A stretch of 64,000 bases of DNA from a bacterium. GTDB lineage: Bacteria; Hinthialibacterota; Hinthialibacteria; OLB16. The stretch spans positions 7,766 through 71,765 of the forward strand of contig JAJVIK010000025.1 of assembly GCA_022072055.1 (NCBI GenBank), in the 5' to 3' direction. A model generated the notes under the pieces. It was given only the letters and a program-made list of their open reading frames with translations. It was not told the origin of the DNA and did no database searches. This document shows positions 45,698 to 55,016 of the stretch, one piece after another. Each line of letters begins with the position of its first letter. Positions within the stretch are counted from its first letter, which is position 1. The position numbers and the translations under genes were made by a program.

Positions 45698-46804
45698 ATG
45701 ACTGAAAACGCTGGGATCGAGAGGGAGTTGGTGGCCTCCATCCGGAGCAAGCTCCTGGCTTGGTTCGGCGGGGCGCGACGGGACCTTCCCTGGCGCGGGA
45801 CTCATGACCCATATGCGATCCTGGTGTCGGAGCTCATGCTTCAGCAGACCCAGGTTCAGACAGTCATCCCCTTTTACGAGCGCTTCCTCTCCCGATTTCC
45901 CACACTGGCGAGCCTCGCCGAGGCGAGCGAGGAGGAGGTCCTTCGGCATTGGTCCGGGTTGGGATACTACCGTCGGGCGCGCCACCTCCACCATCTCGCG
46001 CGCGAGGTCCAGGGTTCCCATGGCGGCCGGATTCCGCGTGACAAACAAGCGGTCCTGGCCCTTCCGGGCATCGGTCCCTACACGGCGGGCGCGATCCTCA
46101 GCATCGCCCACGGTTTGCCCGAACCGCTTGTGGATGGGAATGTGGAGCGCGTGCTCGCGCGAGTCTTCCGGATCGACTCAGACCTCGCCATGGTCAAGGG
46201 AAGGAGACTCATTTGGGATCTGGCCAAGGAATTGGTGCCGGAAGACCAGCCCGGCGAGTTCAATCAGGCCCTCATGGAACTCGGTGCGACCCTGTGTCTC
46301 CCGAAGTCCCCCAAGTGCTCGGTCTGCCCTCTGGCCGGGTCCTGCGAGGCCTTCCGCGCGGGAGTGGCGGAAGAATTGCCCGTGAAAACCAGGAGCAAGC
46401 GCACGGAGCGGGTTGAGGAAGCGGTCCTTCTGGGAATTCACCAGGGACGCTGGCTGCTGGTGGACCGGAATCAGGAGAGGCTTTATTCCGGGATGTGGCA
46501 GTTCCCCTGGGTTTGGAGATCCCCGGCGGAAAGCTCCCTCAGGGAGACCCTCGCCCGCCTGGCGAATGCTTTCTCCTTCAAGGTGGATCGTGCCGAATCT
46601 TTCCACACCCTCAAGCACGCGGTCACTTTCCGCTCGATCCGGACCACGTTCTTTCGTGTGAAGCTCTCGAAGCCGAGCTGTCGCCCGGTTTCAAAGGGGC
46701 TGGAATGGCGGTTGCGTTGGCGGACAGCTGACGAGCTCCACCAGGAGGCTTTGCCCGGATATCAACGACGGGTTCTCCCGATCCTCGATAATCTGTCGGC
46801 GTAG
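45698..46804 (+). CDS. mutY: A/G-specific adenine glycosylase
   Basis: RDLPWR, VSELMLQQTQV, WSGLGYYRRA, LPGIGPYTA, VDGNVERV, and the 4Fe-4S motif C-X6-C-X2-C-X5-C. Confidence 0.97.
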   Translation: MTENAGIERELVASIRSKLLAWFGGARRDLPWRGTHDPYAILVSELMLQQTQVQTVIPFYERFLSRFPTLASLAEASEEEVLRHWSGLGYYRRARHLHHLAREVQGSHGGRIPRDKQAVLALPGIGPYTAGAILSIAHGLPEPLVDGNVERVLARVFRIDSDLAMVKGRRLIWDLAKELVPEDQPGEFNQALMELGATLCLPKSPKCSVCPLAGSCEAFRAGVAEELPVKTRSKRTERVEEAVLLGIHQGRWLLVDRNQERLYSGMWQFPWVWRSPAESSLRETLARLANAFSFKVDRAESFHTLKHAVTFRSIRTTFFRVKLSKPSCRPVSKGLEWRLRWRTADELHQEALPGYQRRVLPILDNLSA

Positions 46805-46875
46805 AGCATTCTTCACTCGAATGGAGCGTGTACCACCCAGCTGCCACAGGTGACGGAAATCTGCCCTGGCGCGCG

Positions 46876-48570
46876 CTACCCCTTTGCGCGCACGCTATCT
46901 CGAATCTCCAGTAGCTCTTTCATCACCGCGTAGAGGTTTCCGGTCCAGGTCTTGGTCCCGAAGGCGTCATGCAAGTCTCGGTAGAGACTGTAAACCCGAT
47001 TGTACACGGCTTGATTGGTGGGATTGGGTTTGAAAACAATCTCCTTGAGTCCGGTCATGGCGCGCTGCGCCTCGGCAAGGGTGACATGCCCCCCCTTGGC
47101 CTTGCCCGCCACGACCGCTCCGCAGATTGCCGCTCCCAGCGCGCAAGTCTGACCCGAGCGGGAGATGCGGAAGGGTAGCCCGGTGATATCCGCGTAGATG
47201 TGCATCACGAGCGGATTTTTCTCCGCGATCCCGCCCGCGTTGATGATCTCGCTGGGGCGGATCCCATATTCGGCGAAGCGCTCCAGGATTGCCCGCGCTC
47301 CAAAGGCGGTGGATTCGATCAGCGCGCGGTAGATCTCATGCGGCTTGGTGTGCAGGGTTTGACCGATCAGGAGGCCGGTGAGACGCGGATCGACCAGCAC
47401 ACAGCGATTTCCGTTGTTCCAGTCCAGGGCCAGCAGTCCGGTCTGTCCGGGAGCGAGCTCCCCCGCGAGGATGGTCAGTTCGGTGTGACTCCCTTTTTCG
47501 GGACCTCCCGGCTCGATCTCGTTCACCCACCAGTTGAAGATGTCGCCGGCGGCGGACTGCCCGGCCTCCAAGCCATAGCAATCCGGCAGAATGGATCCTT
47601 TGACAATTCCGCACAGACCGGGGATGTCCGGGAGTTCCCGATCCATTGGGGCCACCGCCATGTCGCAACTGGAGGTCCCGAGGATCTTGACCATGGCTCC
47701 CGCCGAAATCCCGGAGCCGATGGCCCCCATGTGCGCATCCAGCGCGCCCACCGCGACTGGGATTCCCGAAGGCAGACCGAGCTTTTCGGCCCACTCTTGG
47801 GTGAGGTTCCCGGCGGCTTTGTCGACAGTTTCGGCGGAATCAAACAAACGTTCGCGGAGCGCGCCGAGCTTGGGATCGAGGCTTGCGAGAAACTCCCGCG
47901 AGGGGAGACCGCCCCAGTCGGCGCTGTACATCGCCTTGTGTCCCGCCGCGCACACATTGCGCTTCATCCGCGCGGGGGCTTGGTTTCCGGTGAGGAACGC
48001 CGGGATCCAATCGGAGATCTCGGCCCAGCCGTGCGCAGCCTCGAAGACCTCCGGGGCGCTCTTGAGGCATCGCCAGATCTTCGAGAAGAACCACTCGGAG
48101 GAATACACCCCGCCGCACTTGGCGATGTACTGGGGGTGGGTTTCCGACGCTTGCTTGGTGATTGCGGCGGCCTCGGCGAAGCTGGTGTGGTCCTTCCACA
48201 GCCAAGCCATCGCCGCGAGGTTCTTGGCGAATCGTTCCTGGTAGGCGAGCGGAGCGCCATGCTCATCCAGCGGGAGTGGGGTTGAGCCGGTGGCATCCAC
48301 GCCGATTCCAATCACCCGGTCGGGAGAAAAGTCGCTGGTTTCCGAGGCGGCCTCGAGCGCCCCGCGAACCGCCTCGATGGCCCCGGTTTCGTAATCCCGA
48401 GGGTCTTGCCGCGCGAGGTTGGGGTCATCCGGATCGAGGAGAATCCCCGCCTCCCCATGGCTGTATTCGGCCACGGCGGTTCCAATTTCCTCCCCATCGG
48501 CGGTTCGCGCGATCAGGCAGCGCACTGAATTGGTGCCGAAATCAAGACCCATCGAATATGTGTCGGACAT
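46876..48570 (-). CDS. araB: Ribulokinase (FGGY family)
   Basis: GLDFGTNSVR, WKDHTS, YSSEWFFSKI, CAAGHKA, LDWNNGNR and GGIAEKNP. Confidence 0.92.
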   Translation of the reverse strand: MSDTYSMGLDFGTNSVRCLIARTADGEEIGTAVAEYSHGEAGILLDPDDPNLARQDPRDYETGAIEAVRGALEAASETSDFSPDRVIGIGVDATGSTPLPLDEHGAPLAYQERFAKNLAAMAWLWKDHTSFAEAAAITKQASETHPQYIAKCGGVYSSEWFFSKIWRCLKSAPEVFEAAHGWAEISDWIPAFLTGNQAPARMKRNVCAAGHKAMYSADWGGLPSREFLASLDPKLGALRERLFDSAETVDKAAGNLTQEWAEKLGLPSGIPVAVGALDAHMGAIGSGISAGAMVKILGTSSCDMAVAPMDRELPDIPGLCGIVKGSILPDCYGLEAGQSAAGDIFNWWVNEIEPGGPEKGSHTELTILAGELAPGQTGLLALDWNNGNRCVLVDPRLTGLLIGQTLHTKPHEIYRALIESTAFGARAILERFAEYGIRPSEIINAGGIAEKNPLVMHIYADITGLPFRISRSGQTCALGAAICGAVVAGKAKGGHVTLAEAQRAMTGLKEIVFKPNPTNQAVYNRVYSLYRDLHDAFGTKTWTGNLYAVMKELLEIRDSVRAKG

Positions 48571-48713
48571 GGGGGCAGCTCCCGGAGTAGGATCAGAGTT
48601 CTTTCAAAGATACTCCACGAGTAAAGGGATTGGAGGGGGGACGGCGCGGTAGGGTCCTTTCAGCGCGTGAAGGTCCTTTCTCCCTCCCACTCGATCAGAT
48701 AGAGTTGACACCC

Positions 48714-50069
48714 ATGATTCAGACGGCCCCGATAGACCTTTTCGCGGTCGCAAGCGCCGCCGAGCGCGTGGTCTCCCTCGTCGCCGGGAAGGCTACCGCG
48801 CTGGATCGCGCCTGGGACCCTTCCAAGGGCGCCCCGGTGTTCACCGTGGAAGGGCGATACACCGCGCGCGGCTGGACCGAATGGACCCAGGGTTTCCAGT
48901 TCGGAATTCCGCTGCTGGTCTTTGACGCCACCGCGGAGGAGGAGTTCCTCGAACTGGGGCGAAGACGAACCCTTGCGCACATGCCCGCGCACCTCACCCA
49001 TGTCGGGGTTCACGATCACGGATTCAACAATGTCTCGACCTATGGCGCGCTGCTGCGCCTCTTGAAGGAAGGCAAGATCGAAGACAACCCGTGGGAACAG
49101 CAAACCTATGAGACCGCGCTCAAGTGCTCGGCGGCGGTCCAGGCCATGCGCTGGAGCAAGACCGCTTATGGCAAGGGTTTTGTCTACTCCTTCAACGGTC
49201 CGCACTCCCTGTTCTGCGACACCCTGCGCTCGATGCGCTCCCTGGCCCTGGGACATGCCCTGGGGCACACCCTGTGCGCCGAGCATGATGAACGGATCTC
49301 CCTGCTCGACCGCTTGATGCAGCATGTCTGGACCACCGCCAAGTTCAGCGTGTACTACGGCAAGGGGCGGGATGCATACGACCGTCCCGGACGAGTGGCG
49401 CATGAATCGATCTTCAATCCGAGCGATGGACTCTACCGTTGTCCCTCCTCGCAGCAGGGCTATTCCCCCTTCTCCACCTGGAGCCGTGGGCATGCCTGGA
49501 TCCTGTGCGGGGCTGCGGAGCTCCTGGAGTGGGTGGACAGTCGCGCCGAATCCGAGTTCGCCGAGCTCGGAGGGGTTGAGGAGACGCGCGAGGTTCTGCG
49601 GCGGATGGCGGAGGTGACCGCCGACTTTTATTTGGAGGGGCTGACCGCCTCGGATGGGATTCCTTACTGGGATGATGGCGCGCCGGGGCTGGCGCGGATC
49701 CCGGATTGGCGCGACCGCCCGGCGGACCCCTACAATGACCATGAGCCGACGGATTCCAGCGCGGCGGCGATCTCGGCCCAGGGTCTGCTGCGTCTCGGCC
49801 TGCATCTCAAGAACGGTCGTTACCGGGACGCTGGCCTCGCGGTGGCGAGTGTCCTCTTCGCGGAACCGTACCTTTCGACCGATCCTTCCCACCAGGGATT
49901 ACTCCTCCATTCGGTGTATCATCGCCCGAACGGTTGGGATCACGTTCCGAGTGGGCGCAAGGTTCCTTGCGGCGAGTCTTCCATGTGGGGCGACTACCAT
50001 CTACTGGAGCTGGCGGTGATGGTCCTGCGCCTTGCCCGACGTGAGAGACCATACCGGTTCTTTGGTTGA
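48714..50069 (+). CDS. GH88/unsaturated glucuronyl hydrolase-like (alpha/alpha)6 protein
   Basis: WTEWTQGFQFG, HDHGFNNVSTYG, STWSRGHAW, PYWDDGAP, DSSAAAI and MWGDY. Confidence 0.78.
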   Translation: MIQTAPIDLFAVASAAERVVSLVAGKATALDRAWDPSKGAPVFTVEGRYTARGWTEWTQGFQFGIPLLVFDATAEEEFLELGRRRTLAHMPAHLTHVGVHDHGFNNVSTYGALLRLLKEGKIEDNPWEQQTYETALKCSAAVQAMRWSKTAYGKGFVYSFNGPHSLFCDTLRSMRSLALGHALGHTLCAEHDERISLLDRLMQHVWTTAKFSVYYGKGRDAYDRPGRVAHESIFNPSDGLYRCPSSQQGYSPFSTWSRGHAWILCGAAELLEWVDSRAESEFAELGGVEETREVLRRMAEVTADFYLEGLTASDGIPYWDDGAPGLARIPDWRDRPADPYNDHEPTDSSAAAISAQGLLRLGLHLKNGRYRDAGLAVASVLFAEPYLSTDPSHQGLLLHSVYHRPNGWDHVPSGRKVPCGESSMWGDYHLLELAVMVLRLARRERPYRFFG

Positions 50070-50167
50070 GCACGGCGCCCAAACGGAGGCGCAACTGTTT
50101 TCTGGCGCGAGAATCCTTCTCGCGCCGGGGGCCTGTCGAAGAATTCATTCCTCTTATCGGGGGAGCC

Positions 50168-50641
50168 ATGAAACAGAATCCCTCAACTCCCCAAATGTCG
50201 GGAAAACCATCCCGGTGCTTCAGCTGGGTTTGCTGGCTCTTCTTCGGAGTTCTCATCGCCATCGGAATCATCCTCTTGCTTGTTCCGCTTATTGCCGGAA
50301 ATTTTCTTCTCAAGTCCTTTACTGAACTCGAACGGATACGAGACACCGCGACGGAATCGGACATTCGTTCATTGTTTCCGTCCAAACAGTTTTTGTGGAA
50401 CGAGTTCGCAAGGTCCGATGGGGGCAAGATCATCATCATCTTTGGTTCGCGTCGGGGGAGACAAATTGAAATCCTCAAGTTGAAGGCCGAACGGCAGGTC
50501 TTCAGCTCCTGCCGTACCGTTCCATACACCTATGCTGCGCTTGTTGTGTCGATCGATCCCCAAGGAAGGTTGGATGGCTATAGCTGGGATGGCGAGGGTC
50601 CTTCTTACGGGACTTGTCCCAATGATCGAGGGATCCCATGA
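50168..50641 (+). CDS. Hypothetical membrane-anchored protein, lower GC
   Basis: GGGAG RBS; one TM (WLFFGVLIAIGIILLLVPLIAG); AT-richer codons than the neighbours. Confidence 0.55.
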   Translation: MKQNPSTPQMSGKPSRCFSWVCWLFFGVLIAIGIILLLVPLIAGNFLLKSFTELERIRDTATESDIRSLFPSKQFLWNEFARSDGGKIIIIFGSRRGRQIEILKLKAERQVFSSCRTVPYTYAALVVSIDPQGRLDGYSWDGEGPSYGTCPNDRGIP

Positions 50642-50706
50642 CGAACTAGGAAGACGAAGAAGGATCGGGATCCAGTGACGCTCCGTTCTGCTAAAGTCAC
50701 CCCACT

Positions 50707-53187
50707 ATGAGATCCGACAAAACCCACTCCTTCCCATGCCTCCTGGCTCTCCTTCTGGTTCTCACTACTGAGGCGATCCCCTCCCACGCAGCCGCGGTCG
50801 AAAAGACCTTCCGCGAGCTCCTCTGGGTCTGGGGGAATCCTGAGATGACCACTGAAGGAACCCACGACCCCGCCAGTTTCGCCCAGGCCGGTCCCGCCGA
50901 ACGCGCGCGATTGCTCGGAGTCCCCAATGTGGTGATGGCGGGCAACGGTCTCCCCTTGGACAGCAAGGCCGCGAACGCACTCATGCAGGGGGTCAAGGGC
51001 CACAATCGCGTGCTCTGGGAAATCATGCCGGATGCCGAACAAGGCGAGCAGGCGTTCACTTACACCCAGCGGATGCAGGTTCTTGCCGGGATTCTCCCCG
51101 AATATCCCAGCATCGAAGGTCTGCTCCTCGATGACATGAGCTCGGTGGCCGTGGATCGGGGCTTCAAACCGGAGCACATCCGCGCCCTTCGCGCGCAGCT
51201 TCCTCCGCGCCCGGATCCGCTTGAGGTTTGGGGCGTGGTCTATACCATGAACCTGGCCCGCCCGGGGATCGAAGACTATATCCGCGAGCTGGATGGCCTC
51301 CAGCTCTGGGTCTGGCACGCCAAGGACATCCCCGCGCTCGAGCAGCGAGTGGCCGAGTGCGAGGACCGCTTCCCCGATAAACCCATTGTGCTCGGAATCT
51401 ATCTCTACGATTTTGGAGAGGGCCGCCGGATGCCGCTCGACCTGCTCCGAAAGCAGTGTGAGATCGCGCTGGAGCTGGCTCGGGCCGGACGCATCCAAGG
51501 GGTGGTCTTCCTCACCATCGAGAATGATCCCGAGACAGTGAAATGGACCTCGACCTGGATCAAGCAGGTCGGTGGCACGCCCATCGCGGCAACCGTCGAG
51601 AATGTGCGCCGGGAAGACTTCCTTTCGATTGGCAAGGGCGACGGTTGGGCCTTCTCCGGGGACCCATGGACAGTGGACCCGGAAGGGGTCATTCGGCCCC
51701 CCGACAAACCCAACCTGCACAGCAGGGCATTTCTCACCGCCAAGATCTACGAACAGGTCCTCGCGGAGTTTGAGTTCAACGGGAGCTACCGGGAGACCGG
51801 CACCGGCAGCGCGGGCTTGATCCTCGGCGCGACCGACCCGCATCACTTTCACTATGTCTACTTCCCGTGGGGCGGGCAGCAACTCCGCGCCAAGCATTTC
51901 TGGGCGGCCATCGCCGACGTTAAGGGAGATGGCTACATCAGCAACCTCAAGATGGCCTGGATCCCGGGCGTGCCGAGCGAGACCGAGCGGTGGTATCGAG
52001 TGCGGGTGGTGGCCGAAGGATCGCGCATCGAGGTCGAAGTGGATGGGCGCAAGGCGCTTTCGCTGAGCGATGTCCCCCTCCGAGAGGGCGCGGTCGGGCT
52101 GGCGGGGTATGGCTGGTATGCCTTTCGGGATGTTCGCCTCAATGGGAGCGCAACCCCCCTAAGCGATTGGAACGGCGATGCGGATCTTCCGGTTCATTCG
52201 TTCACGGTCGGCCTGGGGAGCAAAATCATGCCCAGCGGCTGTGTGGCCCCGAATGGGGATGTGCTCCTTGCGGCGGGTTCGCAGTTGGTCCGCTCCAAGG
52301 ATCACGGTCGAACCTGGAGTCAACCCGAATCCCTGCCGGAAAAGCTGGGGGAGGTCGGGGACTATGGCAGCAGTCTGTTCAAGACCCGCTCCGGCAAGCT
52401 GCTGGTGATGGTCTTTCGGCGACAAGACCAGGTGAACAGCGCCACCCCTGAGATCGCCATTTCCGAATCCTTGGACAGCGGCCTCACCTGGTCGGACCCG
52501 GTTCCCTCCAAGGTGGCAAACGGATGGCCGAAAATGCCGCCGATCCTCTACCCCTATGGGCCGCCGGTCGAAACCGAGGAAGGGACCCTCCTGCGCTTCC
52601 TTCTCGGCGGGGTGAAGGAGGAGGGCGCGACCTTCACCGATGTGCGCACCTGGAGCGCCACTCACGCCAAGGCTTTCGCGGTTCGGAGCGCCGATGGCGG
52701 CGCGAGCTGGTCCGCGCCGATTGAGCTCGACCAACCCTCCTGGGTGGACCAGCCGAGGGGCAAGATTCCCGGATCGCTCGATTTCACCGAGCCGACCGGA
52801 GTGGCGCTTGGAAACACGGTCACGGTCCTCATCCGCCCGGTGTACAGCCCCACCATGTGGCAGTGCTGGTCCGCCGACAGCGGGGCCTCTTGGGATGCGG
52901 CCAGTCGCGCCACCTTCCCGGGATACGCGCAGTCGGCGGTGCGGACCCACAGCGGAGTGATCCTATGCGCCCACCGCTATCCGCATTATTCGGTCAATCT
53001 GAGCCGGGATGGCGGCCTCAATTGGGACGAAGGGACAGTCATTGATTACCCGGTGTGGGCGATGGGGTGCTTGGTCGAGGTCGAGCCGGATGTTGTCCTG
53101 TGCGCTTACATGAACGCCCGTCAGGACCTACCGCTCCTGGCGCAGCGCATTCGGGTGACGGGGGAAGGGTTGAGAGTGGAAGATTGA
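50707..53187 (+). CDS. Secreted multidomain protein: TIM-barrel-like, DUF1080/CBM66-like and BNR (Asp-box) sialidase-like propeller
   Basis: Five Asp-boxes (SKDHGRTW, SLDSGLTW, SADGGASW, SADSGASW, SRDGGLNW); middle domain WYRVRV..EGSRIEVEVDG...EGAVGL...FRDVRL. Confidence 0.75.
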   Translation: MRSDKTHSFPCLLALLLVLTTEAIPSHAAAVEKTFRELLWVWGNPEMTTEGTHDPASFAQAGPAERARLLGVPNVVMAGNGLPLDSKAANALMQGVKGHNRVLWEIMPDAEQGEQAFTYTQRMQVLAGILPEYPSIEGLLLDDMSSVAVDRGFKPEHIRALRAQLPPRPDPLEVWGVVYTMNLARPGIEDYIRELDGLQLWVWHAKDIPALEQRVAECEDRFPDKPIVLGIYLYDFGEGRRMPLDLLRKQCEIALELARAGRIQGVVFLTIENDPETVKWTSTWIKQVGGTPIAATVENVRREDFLSIGKGDGWAFSGDPWTVDPEGVIRPPDKPNLHSRAFLTAKIYEQVLAEFEFNGSYRETGTGSAGLILGATDPHHFHYVYFPWGGQQLRAKHFWAAIADVKGDGYISNLKMAWIPGVPSETERWYRVRVVAEGSRIEVEVDGRKALSLSDVPLREGAVGLAGYGWYAFRDVRLNGSATPLSDWNGDADLPVHSFTVGLGSKIMPSGCVAPNGDVLLAAGSQLVRSKDHGRTWSQPESLPEKLGEVGDYGSSLFKTRSGKLLVMVFRRQDQVNSATPEIAISESLDSGLTWSDPVPSKVANGWPKMPPILYPYGPPVETEEGTLLRFLLGGVKEEGATFTDVRTWSATHAKAFAVRSADGGASWSAPIELDQPSWVDQPRGKIPGSLDFTEPTGVALGNTVTVLIRPVYSPTMWQCWSADSGASWDAASRATFPGYAQSAVRTHSGVILCAHRYPHYSVNLSRDGGLNWDEGTVIDYPVWAMGCLVEVEPDVVLCAYMNARQDLPLLAQRIRVTGEGLRVED

Positions 53188-53222
53188 GTGTGAGTGTCGG
53201 ACCATCCGGGCTTAAAGCGGTC

Positions 53223-53591
53223 CTATTCGCCATCAGCCGCGTGTTCTTGATTGAGATTCGCGGCCAAGTGACCACAGAGGTTTCTGATCAGTCGTACGCG
53301 ACGCTCTCTGGAGATTGCACCGATTGCGCCCATGATCCGCCTCCGAGGCAGGACGGCCAGGAATCCGAGGCGGACAATTGACTCGGCCCGCAGGCCTGAT
53401 TCGGCGAAGTCAGGATCATCAGGGGAAATGACTTCATCGAATCCAGGCACGGCTTGATGTGTTTGGGTGCTCACGCCCGCAACGAGAAAGTCTCCGAAAG
53501 GAGGAAGCTCTCGGAGGAGGAGGGCTGGCCGCCTCTTCAAGACATTGCCCGCCTGAGGTAGAAGGGTCAGGATGATGTCGCCTTCCTTCAT
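53223..53591 (-). CDS. PemK/MazF-family type II toxin
   Basis: MKEGDIILTLLPQAG..LKRRPALLL, VAGVSTQ and SGL...S.VRL. Confidence 0.88.
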   Translation of the reverse strand: MKEGDIILTLLPQAGNVLKRRPALLLRELPPFGDFLVAGVSTQTHQAVPGFDEVISPDDPDFAESGLRAESIVRLGFLAVLPRRRIMGAIGAISRERRVRLIRNLCGHLAANLNQEHAADGE

Positions 53592-53824
53592 TCGACGAAG
53601 CCCGGATTGATTTCCTTGATAAGGGAGGAAGGGTATTCGGGTTCGGTGTCGGAGTACGCCATACGTAAGGAATCGGCGGAAAACCCAAACCAATCCTCTC
53701 TGTCTTCATCTTCACCCGAAGGGTCCGCCACGGCGATGAGCACGACATGCCCCTCATGTCCGACGAGAGGCTCGACGAGCTCCAGATGAGTGGGATCGAC
53801 CACTTTTGCCTGAATCAACACCAT
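53588..53824 (-). CDS. Probable antitoxin partner
   Basis: 78 aa directly upstream with an ATGA overlap; beta-rich N-terminus and acidic tail (EDREDW..AYSDTEPEY). Confidence 0.7.
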   Translation of the reverse strand: MVLIQAKVVDPTHLELVEPLVGHEGHVVLIAVADPSGEDEDREDWFGFSADSLRMAYSDTEPEYPSSLIKEINPGFVE

Positions 53825-54046
53825 TGTCGTCCTTCCTCCCTCCGATCCACCCCCAGGTTAGTGCAGCGACTGCTTGCCTTCAAGGCTCGGGTGAAAACAA
53901 GGATTCCTTGCCATCGCGAACCGCATCTGAACCGACCATCCACGATAGCGCCACCTTATCCTTCTCCGCCTTGACACCTTGAACGCCAGCTCGCAAGGTA
54001 TCTCCAGCCGGACCGGCACACCCCTGGCCGAAAGGAGATCAGCCTC

Positions 54047-54994
54047 ATGCGCGGCGCTTTACATGCCCTTCTCTTCATCCTTCTAGCCCTCATCACAGGA
54101 CCCGCGCCCCTCGCCGCCGAGGAGGAGATTTTTTACGCCTTGTGCCCCAAATCTCTGAACAACCCCTTCTGGGATGAGGTCAAGATCGGCATGGATCGAG
54201 CCGCCAAGGAGCTCGGGGTCAAGGCCGAGTTTGTCGGCCCCATCGAGGCCGATGCCGCGCAGCAGGTTCAGAGGATCGAGGCGCTGCTTGAGCGCAAGGT
54301 GGATGGCATCGGGATCTCCCCGAATGTCCCGGATAGCGTCATCCCGGTCATCGCCAAGGCGCGCGCCAAGGGGATCCCGGTCATCTGCTTTGATGCCGAC
54401 TCGCCCAACTCCGAGCGCCTCTGCTATGTCGGAACCTTCAACGAGCAAGCGGGCTATGAGGCCGGCATGCTTCTGAGGAAATACCTGCCGGAGGGCGGCA
54501 AGGTGCTCGCGATCAGCGGGGGGCCGGCTGCGTTGAATCTTCAGCAGAGGGTGGAGGGTTTCAAGCGCGCCCTTAAAGGCTCCAACATCGATCTCGCGCC
54601 GATCCTCTACTGCAACGACGACATGAACCGCGCGACCCAACAGATTGAAGGGTTTGTGGCCGCCAATCCCGATCTCAAGGGCTTTTTCGGAGTTGGACTC
54701 TGGAGCGCCATCCCCATGGCGCACATTCGCCGCGACAAGAACCTGGATATCATCGTGATCGGTTTCGACACCCTCGAGGTGGAATTGCAGCTCATCAAGG
54801 ATGGACTCATGGAGGGGGTGGTCGGGCAGAAGGCCATCGACATCGGGTATCAATCGATCATGACCCTCGACAAGCTCCGCAAGGCGGGGGACAAGATGGA
54901 GGAGATCGCGGACGATGTGGATACCGGCTCCGACACGGTCACCCGCGAGAATGTGGAGGAGTTCGCCAAGTCGAAGGGTTTCGAGTTGAAGTAA
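54047..54994 (+). CDS. Sugar ABC transporter substrate-binding protein (RbsB-like)
   Basis: Signal peptide; NNPFWDEVKIG, VDGIGISP, IPVICFDAD, YVGTFNEQAG, GFD and DTG. Confidence 0.93.
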   Translation: MRGALHALLFILLALITGPAPLAAEEEIFYALCPKSLNNPFWDEVKIGMDRAAKELGVKAEFVGPIEADAAQQVQRIEALLERKVDGIGISPNVPDSVIPVIAKARAKGIPVICFDADSPNSERLCYVGTFNEQAGYEAGMLLRKYLPEGGKVLAISGGPAALNLQQRVEGFKRALKGSNIDLAPILYCNDDMNRATQQIEGFVAANPDLKGFFGVGLWSAIPMAHIRRDKNLDIIVIGFDTLEVELQLIKDGLMEGVVGQKAIDIGYQSIMTLDKLRKAGDKMEEIADDVDTGSDTVTRENVEEFAKSKGFELK

Positions 54995-55016
54995 GACGGG
55001 GGACCCGGCGAACGCG

